Of a stretch of DNA of 64,000 nucleotides, positions 27,121 to 37,341 are shown piece by piece. The stretch spans positions 1,184,001 to 1,248,000 of the forward strand of contig OY760937.1 of the NCBI GenBank assembly GCA_963664225.1. The letters run 5' to 3'. A program made the translations under genes and the position numbers. The notes under the pieces were generated by a model. That model was not told where the DNA came from. It searched no databases and worked only from the letters and a program-made list of their open reading frames with translations. Within the stretch, counting starts at the first letter, position 1. The number at the start of each line of letters is the position of its first letter. The DNA is from Verrucomicrobiia bacterium (GTDB taxonomy: Bacteria; Verrucomicrobiota; Verrucomicrobiia; Limisphaerales; UBA1319).

Positions 27121-29646
27121 ATGAAGAGAAACAATACCTGGAGATGGTTGTTCGTGATTTTTCTCACAGTCTGGGCACTGCGCGAATTATATCCTCCCAC
27201 GGACCAGAATTTGATCACGGTCTTTCAGACTCGTGCGGTGGGCACGGACACGAATTTTACGGCAATCGTAAATCGTGCGCTGGATTTGCAGAAGCGGCTG
27301 CCAGACCGTAGCTATGGAAACCTGATGGAGGCCATTGGCACCAATAGCGTCGCGCAATACTTCCCTGGCTTTAATGTGACCAATGAGCTGGACCCCACCC
27401 GGGTGGTCCTGAACCGTTTGCAGAAAGAGGCGGCGGGCAAGATCAAGTTGGGCTTGGATTTGCGCGGTGGCACATCGTTTCTCGTGGAAATGGAAACGAA
27501 CCGGTTTGGCGCGACCACGGACAAGGACCGCGCTCTGGCCCAAGCCGTGGAAGTGCTGCGCAAACGCGTGGACAAGTTGGGCGTTTCAGAACCCTTAATC
27601 CAACCTTCCGGTAATAATCGCATTACGATCGCATTGCCGGGATTGACCGACGAAGAGAACGAAAGCGCGCGGCGCCAGATTGAAAAGGCGGCCTTCCTCG
27701 AATTTCGAATGGTCCATCCGGACAGTGTGGAGTATATCGAACAGGGAATTCCCGCTCCTGGTTATGAAATTCTAAAGCAAAAGGCCAAGCGTGGCGACAC
27801 ACGCAGCGCGGTCATTTCCTACCTGGTGAAGATCAAAGCGGAGCAGGGACTCACAGGCAAAAACATCAAATACGCCACGGTGGCGCGTCATCCGGTCTCC
27901 AACCAGCCTGAGATTCATTTCACTTTCGATGACGATGGAGCAAAGAAATTCGCCGATCTTACGCGGGAATACAGTCCGCAAGGAAACAAATATTACCAAC
28001 TGGCCATCGTTCTGGATGGCGAGCTGTATTCGGCGCCGCGAATCATGGGCGAAATTCCGGGCGGCAGCGGCACCATTTCAGGGGAGTTCGATGTGCAGGA
28101 GGCTTTTGAACTGGCTAATGTGCTGGAAAATCCGCTGGAGGCTCCCGTCAAAATCGTGGAGGAACGTCGCGTGGATCCTTCACTGGGCAAGGACTCGATC
28201 CATAGCGGATTAATGTCGGCAGTCATTGGAACGGTGGCCGTCTGCGTGTTCATGATCGTCTATTACATGTTCGCCGGATTGGTGGCTAACGTGGCATTGG
28301 CTTTGAATATCGTCATTTTGCTCGGAGTGATGTGCTACGTGGGAACCACGCTGACAATACCGGGTATTGCCGGTGTCGTGCTCACGATCGGTATGGCGGT
28401 GGATGCCAACGTGCTTATTTACGAGCGCATTCGTGAGGAGCTCGCGGCGGGCAAATCCATGCGGGGCGCTCTGTCGGCCGGTTATGACAAGGCATTTGGA
28501 ACCATCTTCGACTCGAACCTGACGACGCTCATTTCATCCGTGATTCTTATTTACATGGGCACAGGTCCGGTCAAGGGCTTCGGCGTGACGCTGACCATCG
28601 GTATCACGGTGAGCATGTTCACGGCACTGGTGGTCACACGGTTGATTTTTGACTGGCTCCTGGAGAAGGGCATGGTTACGAAACTGCCGATGCTTCACCT
28701 CGTGAAGGGCGAGAAATACGATTTCATGCGCTATGCCAAGATGGCGTTCATCACTTCATGGGCGTTGATCGTTGTGGGTTGTGGCTACGGAATCATACGC
28801 GGCAGTGATACGCTGGGCGTTGATTTTCGCGGTGGTGACGATCTGACACTCCAGTTTGCCCAAAAAGTCGAAGTGGACAAGCTTCGCGATGCGGTGAAGA
28901 AAGCCGGTGCAAACGATTCGCTGATCCAGTACCAGCGCAATATCGCCGTGGGCAAGGAAAACCTCCGAATCACGGTTCCATTCGATATGGGATCCAAAGT
29001 GGAGGCCTCTCTGAAGACCCAATTTCCAGCCTCCAAATTTGAGCGTCTTTCGTTGGACAAGGTGGGGCCAACCATTGGAAAGGAGATTCTGAAGTCCGCG
29101 ATCGTGGCAGGCTTGCTGGCGCTCTTCGGTATTCTCATTTACGTGGCGATGCGCTATGAGTTTTCGTTCGCAGTGGGCGCTGTGTTGGCCATTATTCATG
29201 ATATTCTCATGACGATGGGTTGGTTCTGTCTCTCAGGTCGGGAATTCAGCGCTTTAACCGTTCCGGCCATTCTGACCATCATCGGTTTCTCAATCAACGA
29301 CACGATCGTTATCTTCGATCGTATTCGCGAAGACTTGAAGCTGGGGGTTAAGGGCACCTTTACTGAGGTGATGAACAAAGCGTTGAATCAAACCCTGAGC
29401 CGGACGATTATCACGTCAGGAACGGTGTTTCTGTCCACCCTATCATTGTATTTGTTCGGTGGCGGCGTGATCAACGACTTTGCCTTCACGTTCCTGGTGG
29501 GTATTATCACAGGCACCTACTCCAGTATCTACATTGCCAGCGCGATTGTCTTGTGGTGGCACAAAGGCCAACGGCCCATGGACAGCACGCAATTGATCGT
29601 TCAGGAGGACACCGCTCCGACTAAGGCGTTTCCAACAAAGGCATAG
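27121..29646 (+). CDS. secDF: Fused protein translocase subunit SecDF
   Basis: LGLDLRGG, GMAVDANVLIYERIREE, GVDFRGG, GFSINDTIVIFDRIRE. Confidence 0.95.
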   Translation: MKRNNTWRWLFVIFLTVWALRELYPPTDQNLITVFQTRAVGTDTNFTAIVNRALDLQKRLPDRSYGNLMEAIGTNSVAQYFPGFNVTNELDPTRVVLNRLQKEAAGKIKLGLDLRGGTSFLVEMETNRFGATTDKDRALAQAVEVLRKRVDKLGVSEPLIQPSGNNRITIALPGLTDEENESARRQIEKAAFLEFRMVHPDSVEYIEQGIPAPGYEILKQKAKRGDTRSAVISYLVKIKAEQGLTGKNIKYATVARHPVSNQPEIHFTFDDDGAKKFADLTREYSPQGNKYYQLAIVLDGELYSAPRIMGEIPGGSGTISGEFDVQEAFELANVLENPLEAPVKIVEERRVDPSLGKDSIHSGLMSAVIGTVAVCVFMIVYYMFAGLVANVALALNIVILLGVMCYVGTTLTIPGIAGVVLTIGMAVDANVLIYERIREELAAGKSMRGALSAGYDKAFGTIFDSNLTTLISSVILIYMGTGPVKGFGVTLTIGITVSMFTALVVTRLIFDWLLEKGMVTKLPMLHLVKGEKYDFMRYAKMAFITSWALIVVGCGYGIIRGSDTLGVDFRGGDDLTLQFAQKVEVDKLRDAVKKAGANDSLIQYQRNIAVGKENLRITVPFDMGSKVEASLKTQFPASKFERLSLDKVGPTIGKEILKSAIVAGLLALFGILIYVAMRYEFSFAVGAVLAIIHDILMTMGWFCLSGREFSALTVPAILTIIGFSINDTIVIFDRIREDLKLGVKGTFTEVMNKALNQTLSRTIITSGTVFLSTLSLYLFGGGVINDFAFTFLVGIITGTYSSIYIASAIVLWWHKGQRPMDSTQLIVQEDTAPTKAFPTKA

Positions 29647-29655
29647 GGCTGATCG

Positions 29656-30597
29656 ATGCTCGAACCCGTTCAAATAGGCTTACGGCACTGGATTGGGTTC
29701 GTTGTTTGCATTCTTCTATTTCTGGCACTCGACCTGGGCGTGTTTCACAAACGCGCCCATGTCGTTCGTTTTCGTGAGGCGCTGCTCTGGACCACTTTCT
29801 GGTTTCTGCTCGCCATGCTCTTTGCTTGGAGCCTGGTCCCCAAAATGGGTCGCGAGCATGCGTTGGAATTTGTGACGGGCTACATCATCGAACTTTCGTT
29901 GTCCATGGACAATGTGTTCGTGATCGCCTTGATCTTCTCCTTTTTCCGCGTGCCAGCCCAATATCAGCACCGGGTACTATTTTGGGGAGTGCTTGGAGCG
30001 TTGATTATGCGAGGCGTGATGATCGGGTTGGGAACCGCCTTGATTGTTGAATTTCACTGGATCCTTTATGTCTTCGGAGCTTTTTTGGTGTTCAGTGGCA
30101 TCAAAATGTTGCGCACCAAGGAAGAAGGGGTGCACCCTGACAAAAATCCGATGGTTCGATTGGCCCGTGCCGCTTTCCCGATGACGTCCGAATTTGACGG
30201 CCAACGTTTTGTGACGCACCGCGATGGACAGGTTTTGTTTACGCCAATGGTGCTGGTACTGGTGATGGTGGAAACCACAGACTTGGTATTCGCGCTGGAT
30301 TCCATACCAGCGATTTTTGCGGTCACCCAGAATCCGTTTATTGTGTTCACCTCGAACGTATTCGCGATTTTGGGCTTGCGATCTCTCTACTTTGTCCTGG
30401 CAGGCGCGCTGAAATATTTTCGGTATTTGAAAGCCGGGTTATCGGTGGTTCTCGTGTTTATCGGCTTGAAGATGTTGGTGGCCAAATGGGTGGGAGATTT
30501 TTCTGCGGCATGGTCGCTGGCCGTCGTGGGCTTGATCATCGTGGGTTCAATAGTATTATCACTGTGGGCCGCCTGGCGTGAAAATCGTCGGGCTTGA
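29656..30597 (+). CDS. terC: TerC/Alx family membrane protein
   Basis: ELSLSMDNVFV, QHRVLFWG, ETTDLVFALDSIPAI, SNVFAILGLRSLYF. Confidence 0.92.
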   Translation: MLEPVQIGLRHWIGFVVCILLFLALDLGVFHKRAHVVRFREALLWTTFWFLLAMLFAWSLVPKMGREHALEFVTGYIIELSLSMDNVFVIALIFSFFRVPAQYQHRVLFWGVLGALIMRGVMIGLGTALIVEFHWILYVFGAFLVFSGIKMLRTKEEGVHPDKNPMVRLARAAFPMTSEFDGQRFVTHRDGQVLFTPMVLVLVMVETTDLVFALDSIPAIFAVTQNPFIVFTSNVFAILGLRSLYFVLAGALKYFRYLKAGLSVVLVFIGLKMLVAKWVGDFSAAWSLAVVGLIIVGSIVLSLWAAWRENRRA

Positions 30598-30721
30598 CGG
30601 TTCCCTGCCTGTAAAACACCTTTGTCAGTGTGCAAACCTGGGGCATCATATTTCAGCCTGCGTTGGTTATTCGGTCCGAGTCACTTATGCGGATTCATAA
30701 TATTCTCTTTCGTGCGGCGTC

Positions 30722-32470
30722 ATGAAGTTCCGATGGTCATTGGCATTGCCGGAACCTGCTTCAACCCGGGTCCTTGCCGCCGAACTGGGCATTTCGCCGA
30801 TGCTCGCGCAGTGCCTGATTAATCGCGGATTTCGAACCCTTAAAGAAGCTCAGGACTTTCTCGATCCCCGACTCAAGCGACTCTCGGATCCATTTTTACA
30901 TCCGGGAATGAGCGCTGCGGTGGATCGACTCTACGCCGCGAAGGTCAATGGCGAACTTGTCTTGATTTTCGGTGATTACGACGTGGACGGCGTGACTTCG
31001 ACCGCCATTTTGCTGGAGGTTTTCAAGGCCTTGGGAATTCAAGTGGCGCATTACCTGCCCAATCGCCAGAACGATGGGTATGGGTTGAACCAGGAAACGG
31101 TGAGTCGTTGTTTGCAGCGTTATCCTGCCGGGCTCCTGCTCGCTGTGGATTGCGGCAGCACCGCCACGGCAACCATCCAGTGGCTTGGGGAGCAGGGGGT
31201 CGATGTGGTGGTGCTCGATCATCATCAATTATCCGTGCCTCCGCCACCGGCCCTGGCGCTCGTGAATCCGCTGCTGGGAAGAGCAATTCGAAACGACCAG
31301 AGCACCTTGCTGGAGGAGAATCCATGTTCGGCGGGTTTGGCGTTCAAGTTGGCCCATGCGCTCATGAAACGCGGGCGCGAGTTGGGCGTGGCTGCGGCGC
31401 AAACCTTTGATCTAAAATCGCTTTTGGACTTGGTGGCACTTGGCACCATAGCGGACTTGGTGCCGCTGACAGGCGAGAACCGGATTTTTGCTTCCGCTGG
31501 ATTGAAGTGTCTGGATACCACAACGCGACCAGGCCTGAAGGCGTTGAAGGAGGTGTCGCAATTGGATGGCGCCATCGACGTTCACGGCGTTGGTTTCCAA
31601 CTCGCCCCGCGACTGAATGCCGCAGGCAGATTGGCGGACGCGGACGTGGCATTGAGATTGTTACTATGCTCGGAAGCTGGCGAAGCCTCAAAATTGGTTT
31701 CGTTACTCGATTCCAGCAACCGGGAGCGGCAGGACATTGAGCGGGACATCACCAGCGAAGTGGTCAAAACTGTTCAATCCAGATTCAATTCTGATACGGA
31801 CTATGCCATTGTCGAAGGCCATCAGAATTGGCACGTCGGCGTGGTGGGCATCGTGGCGGCCCGTGTGATGCGCCAGTTTTATCGACCCACGATTATTTTA
31901 GGGGGGGATTCCGGGGAATGGCGGGGTTCCGGCAGAAGCATTGAGGGTTTTGACCTGGCAGCCGCCTTGAGCGCCTGCGGTGAAGTTTTGCTCCGGCACG
32001 GCGGTCATGCCATGGCTGCCGGCCTGTCGGTTCGGTCTGATCGCGTGGATGAACTTCGCATTCGACTTAACGCATTCGCCCGCGAAAGCATTGCGCCGGA
32101 GCTGTTGCGACCCCAATTGGAGATCGATGCCGAGGTGCAATTGTCGGAAATGACCCTGGACCTTATTGAGGAATTGCGCGCGCTCGAGCCGGTGAGCCAC
32201 GGGAATCGCGGTGTCAGATTTGTGGTGCGCGGGGTGCGCTGCCAGCGTCCGCCTGTGAAGCTTGGGAAGGAACGCCAGCATTTGAAACTGTGGGTTACAG
32301 ACGGCAAAGTGACCCGGGAAACCTTGTGGTGGAATGCTGGTGACGCGCGGATCCCGGACGGGACGTTTGACCTTGCCTTTGTGCCGGAAATAAACGAATT
32401 CAACCGTCGGCGCACGGTAAATCTCAAATTGTTGGATTGGCAGCCGACTGGAGTTGCGCTCAACACATAA
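30722..32470 (+). CDS. recJ: ssDNA-specific exonuclease RecJ
   Basis: GDYDVDG, VDCG, DHH, GTIADLVPL, PRLNAAGR, GGHAMAAG. Confidence 0.96.
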   Translation: MKFRWSLALPEPASTRVLAAELGISPMLAQCLINRGFRTLKEAQDFLDPRLKRLSDPFLHPGMSAAVDRLYAAKVNGELVLIFGDYDVDGVTSTAILLEVFKALGIQVAHYLPNRQNDGYGLNQETVSRCLQRYPAGLLLAVDCGSTATATIQWLGEQGVDVVVLDHHQLSVPPPPALALVNPLLGRAIRNDQSTLLEENPCSAGLAFKLAHALMKRGRELGVAAAQTFDLKSLLDLVALGTIADLVPLTGENRIFASAGLKCLDTTTRPGLKALKEVSQLDGAIDVHGVGFQLAPRLNAAGRLADADVALRLLLCSEAGEASKLVSLLDSSNRERQDIERDITSEVVKTVQSRFNSDTDYAIVEGHQNWHVGVVGIVAARVMRQFYRPTIILGGDSGEWRGSGRSIEGFDLAAALSACGEVLLRHGGHAMAAGLSVRSDRVDELRIRLNAFARESIAPELLRPQLEIDAEVQLSEMTLDLIEELRALEPVSHGNRGVRFVVRGVRCQRPPVKLGKERQHLKLWVTDGKVTRETLWWNAGDARIPDGTFDLAFVPEINEFNRRRTVNLKLLDWQPTGVALNT

Positions 32471-32481
32471 TATTTTTTCGC

Positions 32482-33162
32482 ATGGTATCTGCAATCATTG
32501 TCGCGGCAGGCAGGGGCACACGCATGGGACCGCTTGTCGATAAACTGTTTTTGGAGGTCGGCGGCAGGCCCATCGTCGCACACACCTGGCAGCGGTTTGA
32601 GGATGCCGATTGCATCGATGAGATTGTTCTCGTGGTGCGGGCTGGAATGGAGACCGATTTTGAAATCCTCGCCAAAAAGTATGGTTTCAAAAAGCCATAC
32701 CGCATGATCGAAGGTGGCAGGGAGCGTCAGGATTCCGTTTGGAACGGTATAAATGCCGTTTCCAGCGAATGCAAGGTGGTGGCCATTCAGGATGGCGCGC
32801 GACCTTGCACGACCCCCGGGCACATTGCCGAGGTGGTGCGCGCTGCACGAGAAACAGGGGCCGCCGTGGCGGCGCAGCGTGTGACAGATACCGTCAAAGA
32901 GTCCGGGGATGGCGTGAACATTTTGCGCACGGTGGATCGGTCCAGGCTCTGGTCGGTGCAGACGCCGCAGGCTTTTCGTTTGGAGGTGATACGCCGGGCG
33001 CTTTCGGCCGTGCGGGATCAGGGAATGGCCGTTACGGATGATACGGCAGCCTGTGAGACGATTGGTCAGGCAGTCCGGCTGGTGGAGGGCAAGGCTCCAA
33101 ATCCAAAAGCCACATCTCCGGCGGATCTTCCTTTCCTCGAGGTTGTTCTGCGTGCGTTTTAA
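32482..33162 (+). CDS. ispD: 2-C-methyl-D-erythritol 4-phosphate cytidylyltransferase
   Basis: AAGRGTRMG, GGRERQDSV, DGARP, VQTPQAF, TDD. Confidence 0.92.
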   Translation: MVSAIIVAAGRGTRMGPLVDKLFLEVGGRPIVAHTWQRFEDADCIDEIVLVVRAGMETDFEILAKKYGFKKPYRMIEGGRERQDSVWNGINAVSSECKVVAIQDGARPCTTPGHIAEVVRAARETGAAVAAQRVTDTVKESGDGVNILRTVDRSRLWSVQTPQAFRLEVIRRALSAVRDQGMAVTDDTAACETIGQAVRLVEGKAPNPKATSPADLPFLEVVLRAF

Positions 33163-33333
33163 TCGGATGCGTTGTTGTTGTGCGCGAATGCAGGCGATCG
33201 GTTGATTGGGCGCACCTAACGTGCAGCCTTAATTCCCTTTAAAAAGACGTGTAATTAATGGAAATTCGTTTTAGCGTCGCCAATGCACTGCAAAAGGATT
33301 GCATTTGAGAACTGACCGATTCACTTTCAAGAT

Positions 33334-33708
33334 ATGACTAGCCCTCTGGCATTGATGGTATATGAGAACCTGCTTCCCGGCAGCCAATTGGCCGACCGGA
33401 TGAAGGAGCAGGGGTATCGTGTCATTGTGCGCGCCGGGAGCGAGGGATTGGTGGAGCAGGCGGTCCAGGAGATGCCGCTGGTCGTCATTATGGATCTCGC
33501 GAGCAAGCAGGGGGATTTGTGTCCGGCCATACGGGAATTAAAATCCAATCCGGCCACAAACCATATTCCGGTGCTGGCTTTTTCAAACAATCAAAACATC
33601 TCCCTGCAAACCGCTGCGAGTGAGGCGGGCGCGGCCATGGTCGCAAGCGATCAGGCGATTCTGGCTCAATTGCCGGCCCTGTTGGAGCAATTGTTGCGGG
33701 TCGAGTAG
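33334..33708 (+). CDS. Stand-alone receiver (CheY-like) domain protein, atypical
   Basis: 124 aa; VVIMDL, IRELKSNPATNHIPVLAFS receiver-fold pattern. Confidence 0.72.
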   Translation: MTSPLALMVYENLLPGSQLADRMKEQGYRVIVRAGSEGLVEQAVQEMPLVVIMDLASKQGDLCPAIRELKSNPATNHIPVLAFSNNQNISLQTAASEAGAAMVASDQAILAQLPALLEQLLRVE

Positions 33709-33728
33709 AGCGGAATCAATCCGCAATC

Positions 33729-34604
33729 TCAATGAGCGGTGTTCACGGTTTGCCGACGGTATGCCCGGGGTGATACACCCGCAATCTTTCGAAATTGGCG
33801 TGTGAAGTAATTGCTATCGCTAAAACCCACCTTGAAGGCGATTTCGGTCACACTATCGCTGGTGCCGCGTAACAAGTTGATGGCACGGTTGATGCGCAGT
33901 TGAATGAGGTAAGCGATGGGGGTGTAATCCGTGGCTGCCCGGAAGGTCCGCAGGAAGCTGCGTTTGGACATCCCGGATTTTTTGGCCAGATCGTCCAGAT
34001 TGATCGGCTTTTCATAATTTGTTTCCAGGTGGGTGATCGTTTCCGCGATCCGCAGTAGTGCGCGCGAATCGGGATTGCGACTCTGGCTGTAGCAGCGGGA
34101 CAGAAATCCGATGATCTGCATGAACAGTGCCGTGGCCATGAAGCCAAAACCGGAGGTTCGATGCTTTAATTCCAGGTCGAGTTGATCCATCAGCCCTGTG
34201 ACAATTCCCAATTCCTGCGGGGAGAGGTGCAGACGACTCTTGAATTGATGACGCTTTCTCCAGGCTGGTTCGAGGGTGAACAAGGCGTGGTATCCCGCCA
34301 GGCTTGGGAGGTCGGCAAGTTCCATCCTGAGTTTTTTTGGCTGGAACAGGATATTGATGAGGCAGAGGTTCTGCATCTCGTCATAGTGATGCGGGCGGTT
34401 GCCGCTGATCACGAAAACATCGCCTGCCGCCAGAGGCCAGGATTCGGCGCCGGTCACATGCAATCCCTTGCCGCCGGTCACCAGAACCAATTCGGAAAAT
34501 TCATGGGCATGAGGGCCGAAGGGTTCCTGCGGTTGACGTCGCTCAACCGTGATGGGAAAGCCATCAGCGTGAAACCACTCGCTGGTTTTTAGAATGCGGT
34601 GCAT
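33729..34604 (-). CDS. AraC-family rhamnose regulator (RhaS/RhaR-like)
   Basis: N-terminal cupin HAHEFSELV; C-terminal SVTEIAFKVGFSDSNYFTRQFRK; divergent from rhaA. Confidence 0.88.
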   Translation of the reverse strand: MHRILKTSEWFHADGFPITVERRQPQEPFGPHAHEFSELVLVTGGKGLHVTGAESWPLAAGDVFVISGNRPHHYDEMQNLCLINILFQPKKLRMELADLPSLAGYHALFTLEPAWRKRHQFKSRLHLSPQELGIVTGLMDQLDLELKHRTSGFGFMATALFMQIIGFLSRCYSQSRNPDSRALLRIAETITHLETNYEKPINLDDLAKKSGMSKRSFLRTFRAATDYTPIAYLIQLRINRAINLLRGTSDSVTEIAFKVGFSDSNYFTRQFRKIAGVSPRAYRRQTVNTAH

Positions 34605-34656
34605 AAATGGAGGGCGGGGCCCAGTCCGGACTTGTAACGGACCCGTTGCGCCATTG

Positions 34657-34721
34657 ATGGCCAAATAATCCTGATTTATGGCACGATTGTCAAGGACGTC
34701 CCCGGTACGATTCCCTAGATT
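34657..34721 (+). promoter_or_regulatory. Putative AraC-type tandem binding site overlapping the -35 of the rhaA promoter
   Basis: Direct repeats with 21-bp period, ATGGCCAAATAATCCTGATTT / ATGGCACGATTGTCAAGGACG, ending 17 nt upstream of TAGATT (34716-34721). Confidence 0.5.
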
Positions 34722-34765
34722 AGCCACTCAGCAAACGAAACCCATCAACAACGAAATAACAATTT

Positions 34766-36034
34766 ATGTCGAACCCGAAGAATATTGAGCAGGCTTACGA
34801 CTTGGCAAAGGAACGGTATGCGGAACTGGGGGTTAATACCGAGAAGGCCTTGAAACAGATCGCGGCAGTGGCCATTTCCTTGCATTGCTGGCAGGGGGAC
34901 GATGTGGGTGGGTTTGAGAACGCGGGCAGCGAGCTGGGTGGCGGTCTGGCGGTTACTGGGAATTATCCCGGCAAGGCGCGGACACCCGAGGAATTGAGGG
35001 CGGACGCGGGCAAGGCCCTGTCGCTCATTCCAGGCAAACACCGTTTCAATCTTCATGCGTGCTATGCGGAAACCGGCGGCAAAAAGGTGGATCGCGATGC
35101 CATGGGGCCTGAACATTTCAAGAACTGGATCGCCTGGGCCAAAGCCGAGAAGTTGGGTCTGGACTTCAATCAAACCTACTTCGCCCATCCCAAGGCCGCA
35201 GATGGTTTGACACTGGCGCATCCGGACAAGGCCATTCGCAAGTTTTGGGTGGACCATGGTATTCGCTGCCGCGAGATTGGTGCCGCCTTTGGCAAAGCCC
35301 TTGGAAAAAGCTGCCTCACGAACCTTTGGATTCCTGATGGCATGAAGGACACCCCGGCTGACCGGTTTGCTCCTCGCCAGCGCTTGCTGGAGTCTTTGGA
35401 CGCGATCTTCGAGAAAAAAATCGATCCCAAGCTCAATGTGGATTCGATTGAGGGCAAGCTTTTCGGCATCGGTTCCGAGTCCTATGTTGTGGGCTCGCAC
35501 GAGTTTTATCTGGGATATGCGGTGAGCCGCAAGAAACTCGTGACGTTGGATACCGGCCATTACCATCCCACGGAATCCGTTGCGGACAAAATCACCTCCG
35601 TCTTCATGTATCTGGATGAAATTTCCCTGCATGTGAGCCGCGGCGTGCGCTGGGATAGCGACCATGTGGTGACGTTGACGGACGAGTTGCAGGCTCTGGC
35701 GCAGGAGTTGGTCTGGGGTGGTTATTTGGGTCGGACGCGCATCGGTTTGGATTACTTCGACGCGAGCATCAATCGTGTGGCGGCCTGGGTCATTGGCACC
35801 CGCAACATGCTCAAGGCCCTGTTGATGGCGATGGTGGCCCCTGCGGATAAAATCCGGAAAGCCGAAATTGCCGGTGATTTCACCTCGCGTCTGGCGCTCC
35901 AGGAGGAAAGCAGAACCCTCCCGTTTGCGGCAGTCTGGGATTATTACTGCATGAAGACCGGCGTGCCCGTCGGCGAGGCGTGGCTGTCGGAAGTCAAGCA
36001 GTATGAAAAGGACGTGCTGTCCAAGCGCCAATAA
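34766..36034 (+). CDS. rhaA: L-rhamnose isomerase
   Basis: [60 protein letters not shown]. Confidence 0.97.
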   Translation: MSNPKNIEQAYDLAKERYAELGVNTEKALKQIAAVAISLHCWQGDDVGGFENAGSELGGGLAVTGNYPGKARTPEELRADAGKALSLIPGKHRFNLHACYAETGGKKVDRDAMGPEHFKNWIAWAKAEKLGLDFNQTYFAHPKAADGLTLAHPDKAIRKFWVDHGIRCREIGAAFGKALGKSCLTNLWIPDGMKDTPADRFAPRQRLLESLDAIFEKKIDPKLNVDSIEGKLFGIGSESYVVGSHEFYLGYAVSRKKLVTLDTGHYHPTESVADKITSVFMYLDEISLHVSRGVRWDSDHVVTLTDELQALAQELVWGGYLGRTRIGLDYFDASINRVAAWVIGTRNMLKALLMAMVAPADKIRKAEIAGDFTSRLALQEESRTLPFAAVWDYYCMKTGVPVGEAWLSEVKQYEKDVLSKRQ

Positions 36035-36076
36035 GGCGCGAAATCCTGCTGCGAACAACTTTAAAAAGGAGCATCC

Positions 36077-37228
36077 ATGAATCCCGTTGCGGAGGCATCG
36101 GCAAATCCGGCCCTGGGCGTAATGATTTTCGCCTTGGGCGGTCTGGCAGGCGCGGTTTTTTACCTGCCCTTTAAAAAGGTCAAGGCATGGGCCTGGGAAA
36201 GCTACTGGCTTGTCTATGCCGTGTTCGGTCTGGTGATTGTGCCCTGGGTCCTTGCCTTGAGCACGTCGCCCAATCTGATGGCGGTGCTCAAGGGCGCCCC
36301 TTCAAAGGATCTGGCCTATTGCTACCTGTGCGGTGCGATGTGGGGGGTTGGAGGATTGACCTGGGGCCTGATGATTCGCTACCTCGGCGTGGGCCTGGGC
36401 CTGGCCATTGGATGCGGCTTATGCTCGGCCGCTGGCACCCTGGTTCCTAAGATGCTCAAGGGCGAGTTCGGCCAGCTTTTTGAAACCAACGCGGGGATTG
36501 CATCCCTGGTCGGCGTGGCCATCTCCCTGGTGGGTATTGTTGGGGTCGGCATGGCCGGCATGTCCAAGGAGAAGGAATTGTCCGAGGAGGAAAAGAAAAA
36601 GGCCGTGGCGGAATTCGATTTCAAAAAGGGAATTCTGGTCGCGGTTTTCTCCGGCCTGATGAGCTCTGGAATGGGCTTTGGATTGCAGGGCGGGGGAAGC
36701 CTCGAGGTTCTGGCGCAAACAACCGCGCCCGTGACCTCGGCCACTTGGAAGGGCATGCCGGTGCTGGTGGTGGTTTTGCTGGGTGGTTTTACCATCAACT
36801 TCCTGTGGTGCCTTTTCTTGAATTTCAAAAACAAGACCGCAGGGGATTACTTAAAAGCGGGCGCGCCATTGGCGGGCAACATTGTTTTTGCCGGATTGGC
36901 AGGTGCCATCTGGTGCGCACAGTTTATTTGCTTCAAAACCGGCGAACCTGCCATGGGCTCGATGGCCTATGTGGGTTGGGCGGTGTTAATGGCTACTGCA
37001 ATCCTGTTCAGTACCTTGCTGGGGATCTTCCTGGGCGAGTGGAAGGGAACGAGCAATCGCACCAAGTCCTTGCTGGCAGGCGGGCTTGCCATGCTGGTGG
37101 TATCTTCGGTGGTGGCTGGCTATAGCAGCTATCTGGGACAGGATAAAACCGGATTGGATAAGGCAGCGAAATCCCTGGAACAGGTGGTTCCGGCGGTTCA
37201 AAATGCCGTTCCAGCCCCTGCAAAATAA
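36077..37228 (+). CDS. rhaT: L-rhamnose/proton symporter
   Basis: FYLPFKKVKAWAWESYW, WGVGGLTWGL, FKKGILVA, LGEWKG; follows rhaA; AGGAG SD. Confidence 0.9.
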   Translation: MNPVAEASANPALGVMIFALGGLAGAVFYLPFKKVKAWAWESYWLVYAVFGLVIVPWVLALSTSPNLMAVLKGAPSKDLAYCYLCGAMWGVGGLTWGLMIRYLGVGLGLAIGCGLCSAAGTLVPKMLKGEFGQLFETNAGIASLVGVAISLVGIVGVGMAGMSKEKELSEEEKKKAVAEFDFKKGILVAVFSGLMSSGMGFGLQGGGSLEVLAQTTAPVTSATWKGMPVLVVVLLGGFTINFLWCLFLNFKNKTAGDYLKAGAPLAGNIVFAGLAGAIWCAQFICFKTGEPAMGSMAYVGWAVLMATAILFSTLLGIFLGEWKGTSNRTKSLLAGGLAMLVVSSVVAGYSSYLGQDKTGLDKAAKSLEQVVPAVQNAVPAPAK

Positions 37229-37246
37229 ACAACATTGTTTCAATCG

Positions 37247-37269
37247 CGCCCCTGTAAAAGGGGCGTTAT
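37247..37269 (+). terminator. Hairpin after rhaT (weak terminator or mRNA stabiliser)
   Basis: CGCCCCT-GTAAA-AGGGGCG followed by TTATTGTT. Confidence 0.45.
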
Positions 37270-37341
37270 TGTTCCATGTTATGAAGAATTTAGTTCAATA
37301 TTCAGTGCCCTCGGCATGCCAAAAGCAATCCGATTGATCCT

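Noticed and set aside
34745..36058. 437-aa antisense ORF over rhaA, and similar long antisense ORFs over DUF2723, gltB, dgt and hpnH
   Set aside because: Codon-register mirror frames expected in GC-rich coding DNA; no recognisable motifs
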